From the NCBI GenBank assembly GCA_015068765.1, contig SVJY01000002.1:2915-66914 (forward strand): 64,000 nt of DNA, read 5' to 3'. Both the position numbers and the translations under genes were made by a program. Shown here piece by piece: positions 56,385 through 64,000 of this stretch. Origin of the DNA: Oscillospiraceae bacterium. GTDB lineage: Bacteria; Bacillota; Clostridia; UMGS1883; UMGS1540. Each line of letters begins with the position of its first letter. The stretch's first letter is position 1. A model generated the notes under the pieces. The model searched no databases. It had not been told where the DNA came from and saw only the letters and a list, made by a program, of their open reading frames with translations.

Positions 56385-57410
56385 ATGTTTACTTTTAAAC
56401 CTAATGCATACGATAAACATGTATATGAAACGGAGCTGCAAGATTTTCTGCCGGATAAAATTATTGATGCACACGTACATATCTGGGATAAGACACGCCA
56501 GGTACGTTCTGCATCGGCGTCGTCAAACGGCGGCTCCAAATGGACGCGTCTCGTGGCGGAGGATTTGACAGGCGAGGATCTTATAAAATGTAATCAGCTT
56601 CTTCTGCCGGGGAAAGAGGTGACGCCCCTTGTGTTCGGAAGCTGTAGCTGTGATACTGACATCGCAAACGACATGGTCTTAAAAGACAAAGAACGTTTCG
56701 GCTTTCCGGCACTTTACCGCACTTCATATGAGATGACGGGAGAGGAACTGGAAAAAGCCGTCATCGAGGGTGGATATCTGGGACTTAAGCCGTATCTTAC
56801 GTTTTGTCCCCCATACATTCCAGCCCCCGAAATACGGATTTTTGATTTTCTGCCACATCATCAGCTTGAGGTTTGCAATAAGCACGGCTGGATTGTGATG
56901 CTGCATATTGCACGCGACAAACGACTTCGCGACAAAGTAAACGTGGCACAGCTTATGGAAATTGAAGAACGGTATCCCAATATAAAGCTCATCGTGGCGC
57001 ACATAGGACGTGCATATGCAAAAGAGGATATTGGTGATGCCTTTGAAACCTTGGGGAAATCCAAGAATATGCTGTTTGACTTTACGGCAAACGTCTGTGA
57101 TGACGCGATTCGTGCCTGTATTGAGGCGGTAGGGCCGAAGCGACTTTTGTTCGGAACGGATCTTCCGATTGCACTCATGCGTATGTACCGCATCACAGAA
57201 AACGGTGTATACTATAATGTCGTACCACGCGGGCTGTACGGGGACGTGTCAAAAGAGGCGCATATGCGCGAAACAGACGAAAAAGATGTTACGATCATGT
57301 ATTACGAGCAAATTCGTGCCATGCGTCGGGTGGCAGAAGAGCTGAAGCTGACAAGAGGTGACATAGAAGATATTTTCTATAACAACGCAAAGCGGTTGTT
57401 GGGAAGATAA
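56385..57410 (+). CDS. amidohydrolase-2-family metal-dependent hydrolase (lactonase/decarboxylase-type TIM barrel)
   Basis: 341 aa. IIDAHVHIW, VMLHIARD, IVAHIGRAY, LLFGTDLP. Confidence 0.65.
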   Translation: MFTFKPNAYDKHVYETELQDFLPDKIIDAHVHIWDKTRQVRSASASSNGGSKWTRLVAEDLTGEDLIKCNQLLLPGKEVTPLVFGSCSCDTDIANDMVLKDKERFGFPALYRTSYEMTGEELEKAVIEGGYLGLKPYLTFCPPYIPAPEIRIFDFLPHHQLEVCNKHGWIVMLHIARDKRLRDKVNVAQLMEIEERYPNIKLIVAHIGRAYAKEDIGDAFETLGKSKNMLFDFTANVCDDAIRACIEAVGPKRLLFGTDLPIALMRMYRITENGVYYNVVPRGLYGDVSKEAHMRETDEKDVTIMYYEQIRAMRRVAEELKLTRGDIEDIFYNNAKRLLGR

Positions 57411-57439
57411 CGATTTTTGCAACAATCAATTCAAAAAAA

Positions 57440-57475
57440 GAGCGTCCTGCAAAAGCAGGACGCTCCGATTTTTTT
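57440..57475. terminator. bidirectional intrinsic terminator
   Basis: GAGCGTCCTGC-AAAA-GCAGGACGCTC with AAAAAAA upstream and TTTTTTT downstream. It lies between convergent genes. Confidence 0.85.
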
Positions 57476-57476
57476 A

Positions 57477-59402
57477 TTATGCGTTATTTTTGGTATAGTT
57501 TAGGAGGCCGCCTGCCAGAAGAATATCCTTCTGCCGGGGAGAGAGAGACAAGGTGGTTTTAAATTCTGTACCTCTTGTGATATTCTTAACGGTGATTTCT
57601 TCCCCTTGTGCAAGCTGTGCCGGTGCGTTTTCAATCGCCAGCATATCCTCCAGCCCTACATTATCATAGTCACTTTCCTTTGCGAAGGTCAGCGGCAGGA
57701 TGCCGGAGTTTATAAGATTTGCCATATGGATACGGGCAAAGCTCTTGGCAATTACGGCACGGACGCCCAAGTAAAGCGGTACAAGGGCTGCGTGCTCACG
57801 GCTGGAGCCTTGGCCGTAGTTGGAACCGCCTACAATGATACCGCCGCCGTTTGCTTTGGCACGGGCAGGAAATTCAGGATCGCAGGGGGTGAGGCAATAC
57901 GAAGACAAATGCGGAATATTGGAACGGAAGGGCAGGAGAGAGGCGTTGGACGGCATAATATGATCCGTAGTAATGTTATCCTCTACACGAATAAGTACTT
58001 TGCCCTCTACCGTGTTTCCCATAGGCTTGTTTATGGGAAACTCTTTGATGTTGGGACCGCGGACAACCTCCGGCTCCTGTCCTTCGGGAGCAGGGGCAAC
58101 CACCATGTTATCGTTATTGTAGAAGTGTTCAGGCATTTCAATTTCCAATCTGTCACCTAAAAGAGACGGATCGGTAAGCGTCCCGGTAATGGCAGACAGT
58201 GCCGCCGTTTCCGGGCTTACGATATACACCTGTGCAGATTTTGTGCCGCTACGTCCTTCAAAGTTGCGGTTATTGGTACGGAGGGAAACAGCACCGGTCT
58301 TAGGTGCCTGTCCCATGCCGATGCAGGGACCGCAGGCACATTCTAAAATCCGGGCGCCGGCATCAATCATGTCAGCCAGTGCACCGTTTTCTGCCAGCAT
58401 ATGCAAAACCTGCTTGGAGCCGGGACCGATGACAAGGCTCACATTGGGATGTACGCTCTTGCCTTTTAATATGGCCGCCGTTTTCATCATATCTGTATAC
58501 GAAGAGTTGGTACAGCTACCGATAAAGACCTGGTCTACCGGCAGGCCGCCCAGCTCACTGACCTTCTTCACATTGTCGGGGCTGTGGGGCATGGCAGTGA
58601 GAGATGTGAGGGAGGAGAGGTCAACGGTGATTTCTTCATCATAAACCGCATCACTGTCCGCACAAAGCGGCATAAAATCTTCTTCGCGGCCTTGTGCACG
58701 GAGAAATGCACGGGTGACTTCGTCACTGGGAAATACAGATGTGGTGGCCCCCAGCTCTGCACCCATGTTGGTAATCGTAGCACGTTCAGGAACGGAAAGG
58801 GTGGCAACGCCTTCACCGGCGTATTCGATGATTTTTCCGACACCGCCCTTGACGCTTAAAATGCGGAGAACCTCCAAAATAACGTCCTTTGCCGAAACCC
58901 AGCTCGTCAGCTTACCGGTAAGATTCACCCGGACGATTTTCGGCATGGACAGGAAATACGCACCGCCGCCCATCGCAACGGCAACATCCAGTCCGCCGGC
59001 ACCAATGGCAAGCATACCGATACCGCCGCCGGTGGGGGTATGGCTGTCAGAACCAAGCAATGTCATGCCAGGCACACCGAAACGCTCCAGATGCACCTGG
59101 TGACAGATGCCGTTACCGGGACGGGAGAAATAAATGCCGTGCCGGGAGGTGACCGTCTGAATATACTTATGGTCATCGGCGTTTTCAAAGCCGGCTTGGA
59201 TCGTGTTATGGTCAATGTATGCCACCGATTTTTTTGTTTTTACCTTGGGAATTCCCATGGCTTCAAACTGCAGATAGGCCATGGTTCCGGTGGAGTCCTG
59301 CGTCAGCGTCTGGTCAATACGGATGGATATTTCGCTGCCCGCCTTCATTTCGCCGGAAACAAGATGCTCCTTAATAATCTTCTGTGCAAGTGTAAGTCCC
59401 AT
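57477..59402 (-). CDS. aconitate hydratase (short clostridial-type aconitase)
   Basis: 641 aa. IDQTLTQDSTG, GSDSHT, IGSCTNSS, ACGPCIGMG, NRNFEGR, then the swivel domain at the C-terminus. Confidence 0.85.
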   Translation of the reverse strand: MGLTLAQKIIKEHLVSGEMKAGSEISIRIDQTLTQDSTGTMAYLQFEAMGIPKVKTKKSVAYIDHNTIQAGFENADDHKYIQTVTSRHGIYFSRPGNGICHQVHLERFGVPGMTLLGSDSHTPTGGGIGMLAIGAGGLDVAVAMGGGAYFLSMPKIVRVNLTGKLTSWVSAKDVILEVLRILSVKGGVGKIIEYAGEGVATLSVPERATITNMGAELGATTSVFPSDEVTRAFLRAQGREEDFMPLCADSDAVYDEEITVDLSSLTSLTAMPHSPDNVKKVSELGGLPVDQVFIGSCTNSSYTDMMKTAAILKGKSVHPNVSLVIGPGSKQVLHMLAENGALADMIDAGARILECACGPCIGMGQAPKTGAVSLRTNNRNFEGRSGTKSAQVYIVSPETAALSAITGTLTDPSLLGDRLEIEMPEHFYNNDNMVVAPAPEGQEPEVVRGPNIKEFPINKPMGNTVEGKVLIRVEDNITTDHIMPSNASLLPFRSNIPHLSSYCLTPCDPEFPARAKANGGGIIVGGSNYGQGSSREHAALVPLYLGVRAVIAKSFARIHMANLINSGILPLTFAKESDYDNVGLEDMLAIENAPAQLAQGEEITVKNITRGTEFKTTLSLSPRQKDILLAGGLLNYTKNNA

Positions 59403-59447
59403 TCTATGTACCTCCTAATTTTGAAGGGGATGAATAAAGCATCCCCT

Positions 59448-59609
59448 TTACAGCTTGACTTCAATGGACCAGTCCCGCATACGAACCACATTTTCTTCAC
59501 TGGGCCGTGCAGCGTTGGTATCCCGGTCCCTGTATGCTTCCTCTGCGAGGGCATACGTTTCGTAGGGTTGCGGTTTTTTGCGTTGTTCCGCCTTATTTTT
59601 TTTCGGCAT
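59448..59609 (-). CDS. small basic/acidic hypothetical protein (53 aa)
   Basis: Not in the track because it is under 60 aa. RBS AAAGGAAGGA lies 6 nt before the ATG. The protein is MPKKNKAEQRKKPQPYETYALAEEAYRDRDTNAARPSEENVVRMRDWSIEVKL. It is followed by an 8-bp hairpin (AGGGGATG/CATCCCCT) before the aconitase RBS. Confidence 0.4.
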   Translation of the reverse strand: MPKKNKAEQRKKPQPYETYALAEEAYRDRDTNAARPSEENVVRMRDWSIEVKL

Positions 59610-59674
59610 AAAATCCTTCCTTTCTCAGGCAGTGCCCCAAGGCATAGGATTTGCCGAAAGCGGCGAATTATACT

Positions 59675-59704
59675 TAAAAATCTGCCCCAATTTAAGGGGC
59701 AGAT
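59675..59704 (-). terminator. intrinsic terminator after yabR
   Basis: On the minus strand: ATCTGCCCC-TTAAATT-GGGGCAGAT followed by TTTTT. Confidence 0.7.
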
Positions 59705-59721
59705 ACAGTATGTAAAAATTG

Positions 59722-60150
59722 TTAATTGTTTCCGTTGCCTCGTCTGGAAGTGGACCGTCTTAAATCCATGGAACGCTTCATAGACTGCATACGCTCATCG
59801 CTTTGCTGTTTAAATTGCAGTAGCTTGTCCTCAAAGCTATCCCCCGAGGTATCCCGCTTCGGCGACCAGTCATATTCCATAGGACGTGTGGGCTTCGGAT
59901 GTGTTGGTTGCTCTTCCAGAATCGCTTTTTTTATGGAAAGGGCAATTTTTCCGCTTTTGTCCAGGGACATAATCTTCACCCGCACGGTCTGTCCTTCCTT
60001 TAGAAAATCCCGGATATCGCTTACATATGAAACCGCGACCTCGGAAATATGTACAAGACCTGTCTTACCCTTGCCAAGGCTCACGAAAGCACCGAATTTT
60101 GTAATGCCTTCCACCTGGCCTTCAACGATTTTTCCAACCTCAAGCGACAT
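59722..60150 (-). CDS. yabR: S1 RNA-binding domain protein
   Basis: 142 aa. VGKIVEGQVEGITKFGAFVSLGKGKTGLVHISEV. Its position after divIC matches B. subtilis. Confidence 0.8.
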   Translation of the reverse strand: MSLEVGKIVEGQVEGITKFGAFVSLGKGKTGLVHISEVAVSYVSDIRDFLKEGQTVRVKIMSLDKSGKIALSIKKAILEEQPTHPKPTRPMEYDWSPKRDTSGDSFEDKLLQFKQQSDERMQSMKRSMDLRRSTSRRGNGNN

Positions 60151-60237
60151 ACTGCTTTATTGCTCCCTTCGGACATAAAAATATCGCAAGGAGCGCAAGG
60201 CTCCGATGCTACAATGAGAAAGGTGACGGGGAAAATA

Positions 60238-60543
60238 TTACCGTCCGGTCACATCCACAAAAACAGTTTCATCGGGGAGAACAAGACCCAGTTTTTCTCG
60301 GGCTACCTTTTCAATGTAGGCATCCGTCTGAGAAAGGGTATCCATAGCGTGCACCTCGGCAAGGCGGCTTCGTGCGGCTGAAATCTCGGTTTCCAGCTGG
60401 GAAATCTCACTATCGGAAACTTGCCGTGTGGTTTGCTGACCAATCAGAGCATAACAAAAGTACATGATAAGACCTACCATGGCAAGCGTGCGTATATTCA
60501 GCTTTTTTTGCTTTGGTTTACTCTGATTTTTTCTCTTGTTCAT
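60238..60543 (-). CDS. divIC: septum formation initiator (DivIC/FtsB family)
   Basis: 101 aa with a basic N-terminus, one TM helix (TLAMVGLIMYFCYALIG) and a coiled coil. Confidence 0.7.
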   Translation of the reverse strand: MNKRKNQSKPKQKKLNIRTLAMVGLIMYFCYALIGQQTTRQVSDSEISQLETEISAARSRLAEVHAMDTLSQTDAYIEKVAREKLGLVLPDETVFVDVTGR

Positions 60544-60600
60544 ACACTAACCCCATTTACAATTTATTATACAGCAAAAATACGGATTTGTAAAGAGATT

Positions 60601-61110
60601 TTAATACATTTTTTGTATTTTTTTTAAATTCCGTATCAAGGCAATCGTTTTTGCGCGCAAAGAGTGAATTTTTCGGCGGAAAAAACGCCAGATGGCACGG
60701 CACGGACGCCAGAGAAACAAGGCGACCGGATGGAAGAGGCGGTACAGCAGCCGAAAGGGAAACACGACAATTTTGGCGAGGGTGAAAAGAAACAGCCCGA
60801 TAAGCCGTGCAAGTGCCAGAAAAAAGCGGACGGTTACATCACGGAGGAGCAGATGATAAAACAGTGCACCCAGAAGGATGCCGCAGAAAATATACCACCG
60901 AGGCTGACCGTAATTTGTTCGGTACAGGAATAAAAAAGCGGCGGCCGCCGCTAAAAGCCAAAAAAGAAGGTCCTGCACCCCTACCCAGACGGAGCCGCTG
61001 CGTACCAGCCGGCGAAAGGCACGAAACAGATCGAAGAATACGCCGGCCAGTGCACCGCCTGCCAGAGAGAGTAGGAATATATGAAATTGGTTTGTTACCG
61101 AAACGGACAT
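60601..61110 (-). CDS. yabQ: spore cortex biosynthesis protein YabQ
   Basis: 169 aa. QFHIFLLSLAGGALAGVFFDLFRAFRR...QDLLFWLL...YRTNYGQPRWY. Confidence 0.75.
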   Translation of the reverse strand: MSVSVTNQFHIFLLSLAGGALAGVFFDLFRAFRRLVRSGSVWVGVQDLLFWLLAAAAAFLFLYRTNYGQPRWYIFCGILLGALFYHLLLRDVTVRFFLALARLIGLFLFTLAKIVVFPFRLLYRLFHPVALFLWRPCRAIWRFFRRKIHSLRAKTIALIRNLKKIQKMY

Positions 61111-61113
61111 TGT

Positions 61114-61419
61114 TTACCGGAACAGACGGGCAAGAAAGCCCATTCCGCGGGTTTTGCCGCTTTCGCCGTCGGTGTACACCAAGGAATCCACTTCTCCCTC
61201 GATGGAGACCTCGCCCGTCTCCACGCTCAGCTTGTTTATATGCAGACCCGTCCCTTTTACAGTGAGAGAGCCGCTGTCGGCAAAGAGAACGATGGTTTCC
61301 TCGTCAAAGCTGTCTACATCCTCGATGCCAGAGAGCGTTAACCGTTTCCGGTTTTCCAAAATTACATTATGAATCACTTCTTTTGGTGCCGGTTTTGTAA
61401 AACGTTTTTCGTCTAACAT
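61114..61419 (-). CDS. yabP: sporulation protein YabP
   Basis: I prefer the start at ATG 61419 (RBS GGAAAGGAAG ~7 nt upstream). HNVILENRKRLTLSGIEDVDSFDEETIVLFADSGSLTVKGTGLHINKLSVETGEVSIEG. Confidence 0.8.
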   Translation of the reverse strand: MLDEKRFTKPAPKEVIHNVILENRKRLTLSGIEDVDSFDEETIVLFADSGSLTVKGTGLHINKLSVETGEVSIEGEVDSLVYTDGESGKTRGMGFLARLFR

Positions 61420-61638
61420 TTGCATTCTTCCTTTCCGGATGATTTGTACAGTATATGAAAAAAGGACAGGGGATAGAACAGAAAAACCGAAAATTTTTAA
61501 AAAAAGAATTTTAAGTACCGATTTCCCCATTCAATAAAAAAGTGGCGAAAAACCGGACTTTTTTATTATTTTAAATGGGATAAAAAGGATGAATTTTCCG
61601 CATTTTAAAAATAAAAAACAAAAAAATGAAGTTTTTTA

Positions 61639-61667
61639 TTGACAAATGATTTTTTTTGTAGTATACT
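61639..61667 (+). promoter_or_regulatory. sigma-A-like promoter (TTGACA-17-TATACT) for the tRNA pair
   Basis: TTGACA at 61639-61644 and TATACT at 61662-61667, in a very AT-rich upstream region. Confidence 0.6.
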
Positions 61668-61699
61668 ATTATCTGCACTTGATTGTGCACGGTAAACAC

Positions 61700-61776
61700 G
61701 GCGGTGTAGCTCAGTTGGCTAGAGCAAACGGTTCATACCCGTTAGGTCGGTGGTTCAAGCCCACTCGCCGCTACCA
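61700..61776 (+). tRNA. tRNA-Met (anticodon CAT), elongator-like
   Basis: GGCGGTGTAGCTCAGTTGGCTAGAGCAAACGGTTCATACCCGTTAGGTCGGTGGTTCAAGCCCACTCGCCGCTACCA. The cloverleaf folds by hand, the anticodon loop is TTCATAC, and CCA is encoded. A lysidine-modified Ile2 identity cannot be excluded from the anticodon alone. Confidence 0.9.
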
Positions 61777-61781
61777 TATAC

Positions 61782-61856
61782 GGCCCCTTGGTCAAGCGGT
61801 TAAGACATCGCCCTTTCACGGCGGTAACACGAGTTCGATTCTCGTAGGGGTCACCA
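61782..61856 (+). tRNA. tRNA-Glu (anticodon TTC)
   Basis: GGCCCCTTGGTCAAGCGGTTAAGACATCGCCCTTTCACGGCGGTAACACGAGTTCGATTCTCGTAGGGGTCACCA. The anticodon loop is CTTTCAC and CCA is encoded. Confidence 0.9.
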
Positions 61857-61857
61857 G

Positions 61858-61891
61858 AAAAAACGACTTGTTTCGACAAGTCGTTTTTTTA
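61858..61891 (+). terminator. intrinsic terminator after the tRNAs
   Basis: AAAAAACGACTTGT-TTCG-ACAAGTCGTTTTTTT. Confidence 0.85.
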
Positions 61892-62176
61892 TCGATATAA
61901 ATTCCTGACGAAATTTGCGATATACCTTCGGTGAGATATATCCTAACGGATGCGATGTGTTGCCTTGCGGCAACGTGAAAAAGGAAATTATATCATATCG
62001 CAACCAAATGAAATGAGGTTATATCGAATTTGCAAAGCAAATACACGAGCGACAGCGAGTATATCGCTAATGAAACTACATTATCCCTATAATTCGGTTC
62101 TTTTCAATGCAATCCGTCTTTTTGTATTACCGAAAGGCATTTACGCTTCCATATGTTTATTTTTTTAAAAAAAGTA

Positions 62177-62205
62177 TTGACAGAAAAAAAGAGAAATGAT
62201 ATAAT
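62177..62205 (+). promoter_or_regulatory. sigma-A-like promoter (TTGACA-17-TATAAT) for the leuA leader
   Basis: TTGACA at 62177-62182 and TATAAT at 62200-62205. Confidence 0.6.
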
Positions 62206-62211
62206 AACTAC

Positions 62212-62487
62212 AGTTAAATAGTATAAAGGCTAAGACGAAGAATGCCGGGCAAATGAGGTTTAAGAGAGTCAGCGGTTGGTGAAAGCTGATAACAGCGTTT
62301 GTCCAGTGGCTCTCCCTTCCGAGCCGGAGGCGTGAAATAACAGTAATTCCTCCCGTGAATGCTACGTGAGTGCAAAAGGGCTTGCTGGAGCCTGAAGTGG
62401 CATTGGTTTTCAATGCAATTTGAGTGGTACCGCGAGCGTAATGTGATTTACGCCCGTCTCAAAGTTTTATTTGAGACGGGCTTTTTT
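62212..62487 (+). promoter_or_regulatory. T-box riboswitch (probably Leu)
   Basis: AGAGAG and GGUUGGUGAAAGC stem-I elements. The T-box sequence AAUUUGAGUGGUACCGCGAG is at ~62417-62436; its UGGU fits an A73 discriminator, as in tRNA-Leu. The terminator is GCCCGTCTCAAA...TTTGAGACGGGC plus TTTTTT (62452-62487). The stretch CUCUCCCUU at 62310-62318 carries candidate Leu codons. Confidence 0.8.
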
Positions 62488-62524
62488 ATTTCACCCGGTC
62501 TCAAGGAAAAAGGAGGCGAAAACC

Positions 62525-64000
62525 ATGATGGATAGCACAAAATACGGCATTGGGTATTATCCGGTACAGGGTGCATACAGAAAATGGGCAGAAAAGGATC
62601 ATATTGACAGACCACCCGTGTGGTGCAGCGTCGATATGCGTGACGGCAATCAGGCACTGGTTATTCCAATGAACCTGGAAGAGAAGCTGGATTTTTACAA
62701 GGCACTTCTGGACGTGGGCTTTAAGGAGATCGAGGTGGGCTTTCCGGCGGCCTCTGAGACGGAATTTGAATTTCTGCGTGCCCTCATTGATAAGGATTTG
62801 ATACCGGAGGATGTGACAGTGCAAGTGCTGACCCAATGTCGGGAGCATATTGTCCGGAAAACGTTTGAAGCGTGCAAGGGGGCAAAGAATACTATTATTC
62901 ATTTTTATAATTCCCTCAGTGTGGCCCAGCGTGAACAGGTTTTCAGAAAATCTAAGGAAGAAATTAAAAAAATTGCAGTGGAGGGTGCAAGGCTTGTGAA
63001 AAAGCTTGCATCGGAATACGAAGGCAATTTCCGCTTTGAATATTCTCCGGAGAGCTTTACCGGGACAGAACCGGAATTTGCACTGGAGGTCTGCAACGCC
63101 GTTTTGGACGTTTTGGAGCCTTCGGCGACCAATAATGTGATTATCAATCTGCCTGTTACCGTGGAGATGAGCCTGCCCCATATCTACGCAAGCCAGGTGG
63201 AATACATGAGTGAGAACCTCCGATATAGGGAACACGTAACCCTCTCACTGCATCCGCACAACGACCGAGGTACGGGCATTGCGGATACAGAGCTTGCCCT
63301 TTTAGCAGGTGCAGACAGGGTGGAAGGTACGCTTTTCGGAAACGGAGAACGGACAGGGAATGTGGATGTCGTGACCCTTGCTATGAATATGTACGCACAC
63401 GGTATAGACCCAGGTCTTGATTTTTCGGATATGCCCCGTCTTGTAAGGATATATGAAAAATGCACAAGAATGCATGTGTATGAACGAAGCCCTTATGCAG
63501 GGGCATTGGTGTTTGCCGCTTTCTCCGGCAGTCATCAGGATGCTATTGCAAAGAGCCTGAAATACCGGGCGGAGAAGGGCCTACACCACTGGTCCGTGCC
63601 TTACATACCTATCGACCCGGAGGATATCAATCGCACCTACGACGCAGATGTTATCCGTGTAAATTCTCAAAGTGGGAAAGGCGGCATAAGCTATCTTCTG
63701 GAGCAGACCTACGGCTTTATCCTGCCGGCACAGATGCGAGAGGACTTCAGCTACCTATGCAAGTCGGTTTCCGACAGACAGCATAAGGAGCTCAAGGTCG
63801 AAGAGGTGCTGGACATTTTCAAAGAGAGCTATTTTATGCACGATTCACACATTACCGTTACCGACATGACCTTCCGCCGCAAAGCCGGCACGGTGGAAGC
63901 GGAGATTGTGTTTGCACAGGGTGACGGGCAGAAGCTGGTGACGGCGACGGGCAACGGTTCTCTGGACGCTGTAAGCAACGCACTGAAGGAATACACCGGC
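62525..64000 (+). CDS. leuA: 2-isopropylmalate synthase (long form), 5' 492 codons; continues beyond the right edge
   Basis: Not in the supplied track because there is no stop in the window. ATG 62525 follows AAAAGGAGG. My translation is MMDSTKYGIGYYPVQGAYRKWAEKDHIDRPPVWCSVDMRDGNQALVIPM...LSLHPHNDRGTGIADTELALLAGADRVEGTLFGNGERTGNVD... Confidence 0.9.
   Translation, partial: MMDSTKYGIGYYPVQGAYRKWAEKDHIDRPPVWCSVDMRDGNQALVIPMNLEEKLDFYKALLDVGFKEIEVGFPAASETEFEFLRALIDKDLIPEDVTVQVLTQCREHIVRKTFEACKGAKNTIIHFYNSLSVAQREQVFRKSKEEIKKIAVEGARLVKKLASEYEGNFRFEYSPESFTGTEPEFALEVCNAVLDVLEPSATNNVIINLPVTVEMSLPHIYASQVEYMSENLRYREHVTLSLHPHNDRGTGIADTELALLAGADRVEGTLFGNGERTGNVDVVTLAMNMYAHGIDPGLDFSDMPRLVRIYEKCTRMHVYERSPYAGALVFAAFSGSHQDAIAKSLKYRAEKGLHHWSVPYIPIDPEDINRTYDADVIRVNSQSGKGGISYLLEQTYGFILPAQMREDFSYLCKSVSDRQHKELKVEEVLDIFKESYFMHDSHITVTDMTFRRKAGTVEAEIVFAQGDGQKLVTATGNGSLDAVSNALKEYTG

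Noticed and set aside
1-64000. CRISPR arrays, transposases, integrases, phage genes, toxin-antitoxin pairs or known defence systems.
   Set aside because: No regularly spaced repeats, no DDE, serine or tyrosine recombinase motifs, and no recognisable defence-gene signatures were seen on either strand. The RecD2-like helicase sits in a housekeeping context with comFC.

Overview
This window is a chromosomal segment from a moderate-GC, Clostridia-like Firmicute. Supporting signs are T-box leaders, a pfl/ZTP riboswitch, the sporulation cluster yabP-yabQ-divIC-yabR, and ylmE-sepF-divIVA-ileS-lspA-rluD synteny. I can support about 55 protein genes, 2 tRNAs, 3 riboswitch-type leaders, and a set of sigma-A-like promoters and intrinsic terminators.

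Layout:
- 1-11.7 kb is accessory and partly AT-rich. It holds an AAC(3)-family/TIM-barrel/cyclase-like operon and a GH1 glycosidase. It also holds an AraC-linked glycyl-radical-enzyme locus that looks broken, with a T9 frameshift and a truncated activase. cysE follows. Then comes a 4.5-kb AraC/DMT-transporter/GH36 island, bracketed by a scrambled duplicate of the cysE-3' end and antiporter gene.
- 11.8-19.7 kb carries four transporters and an orphan GH-like protein.
- 19.8-30.4 kb carries asnA, a split Na+-pumping oxaloacetate-decarboxylase operon, a Trp T-box controlling trpB plus a G1P-dehydrogenase-like gene, and pflA-pflB behind a ZTP riboswitch.
- 30.4-34.1 kb is the origin-type block mnmE-jag-yidC-yidD-rnpA-rpmH, but without dnaA.
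- 35.6-50.5 kb is housekeeping: metK, recD2, comFC, miaA, yggS, sepF, divIVA, ileS, lspA, rluD.
- 50.6-57.4 kb is an uncharacterised six-gene sugar or sugar-acid operon. Its first gene carries an in-frame TGA and its divergent AraC regulator is internally deleted.
- The rest holds aconitase, the yabP-R cluster, tRNA-Met/Glu, and a T-box-controlled leuA that runs off the right edge.

I found no CRISPR array, transposase, integrase, phage gene or recognisable defence system. The best candidates for something undescribed are the 51.1-57.4 kb operon, the compact orphan glycyl radical enzyme, and two repeat-structured non-coding segments (11.25-11.7 kb and 61.9-62.2 kb). All function calls rest on motif recognition by eye, not on database searches.
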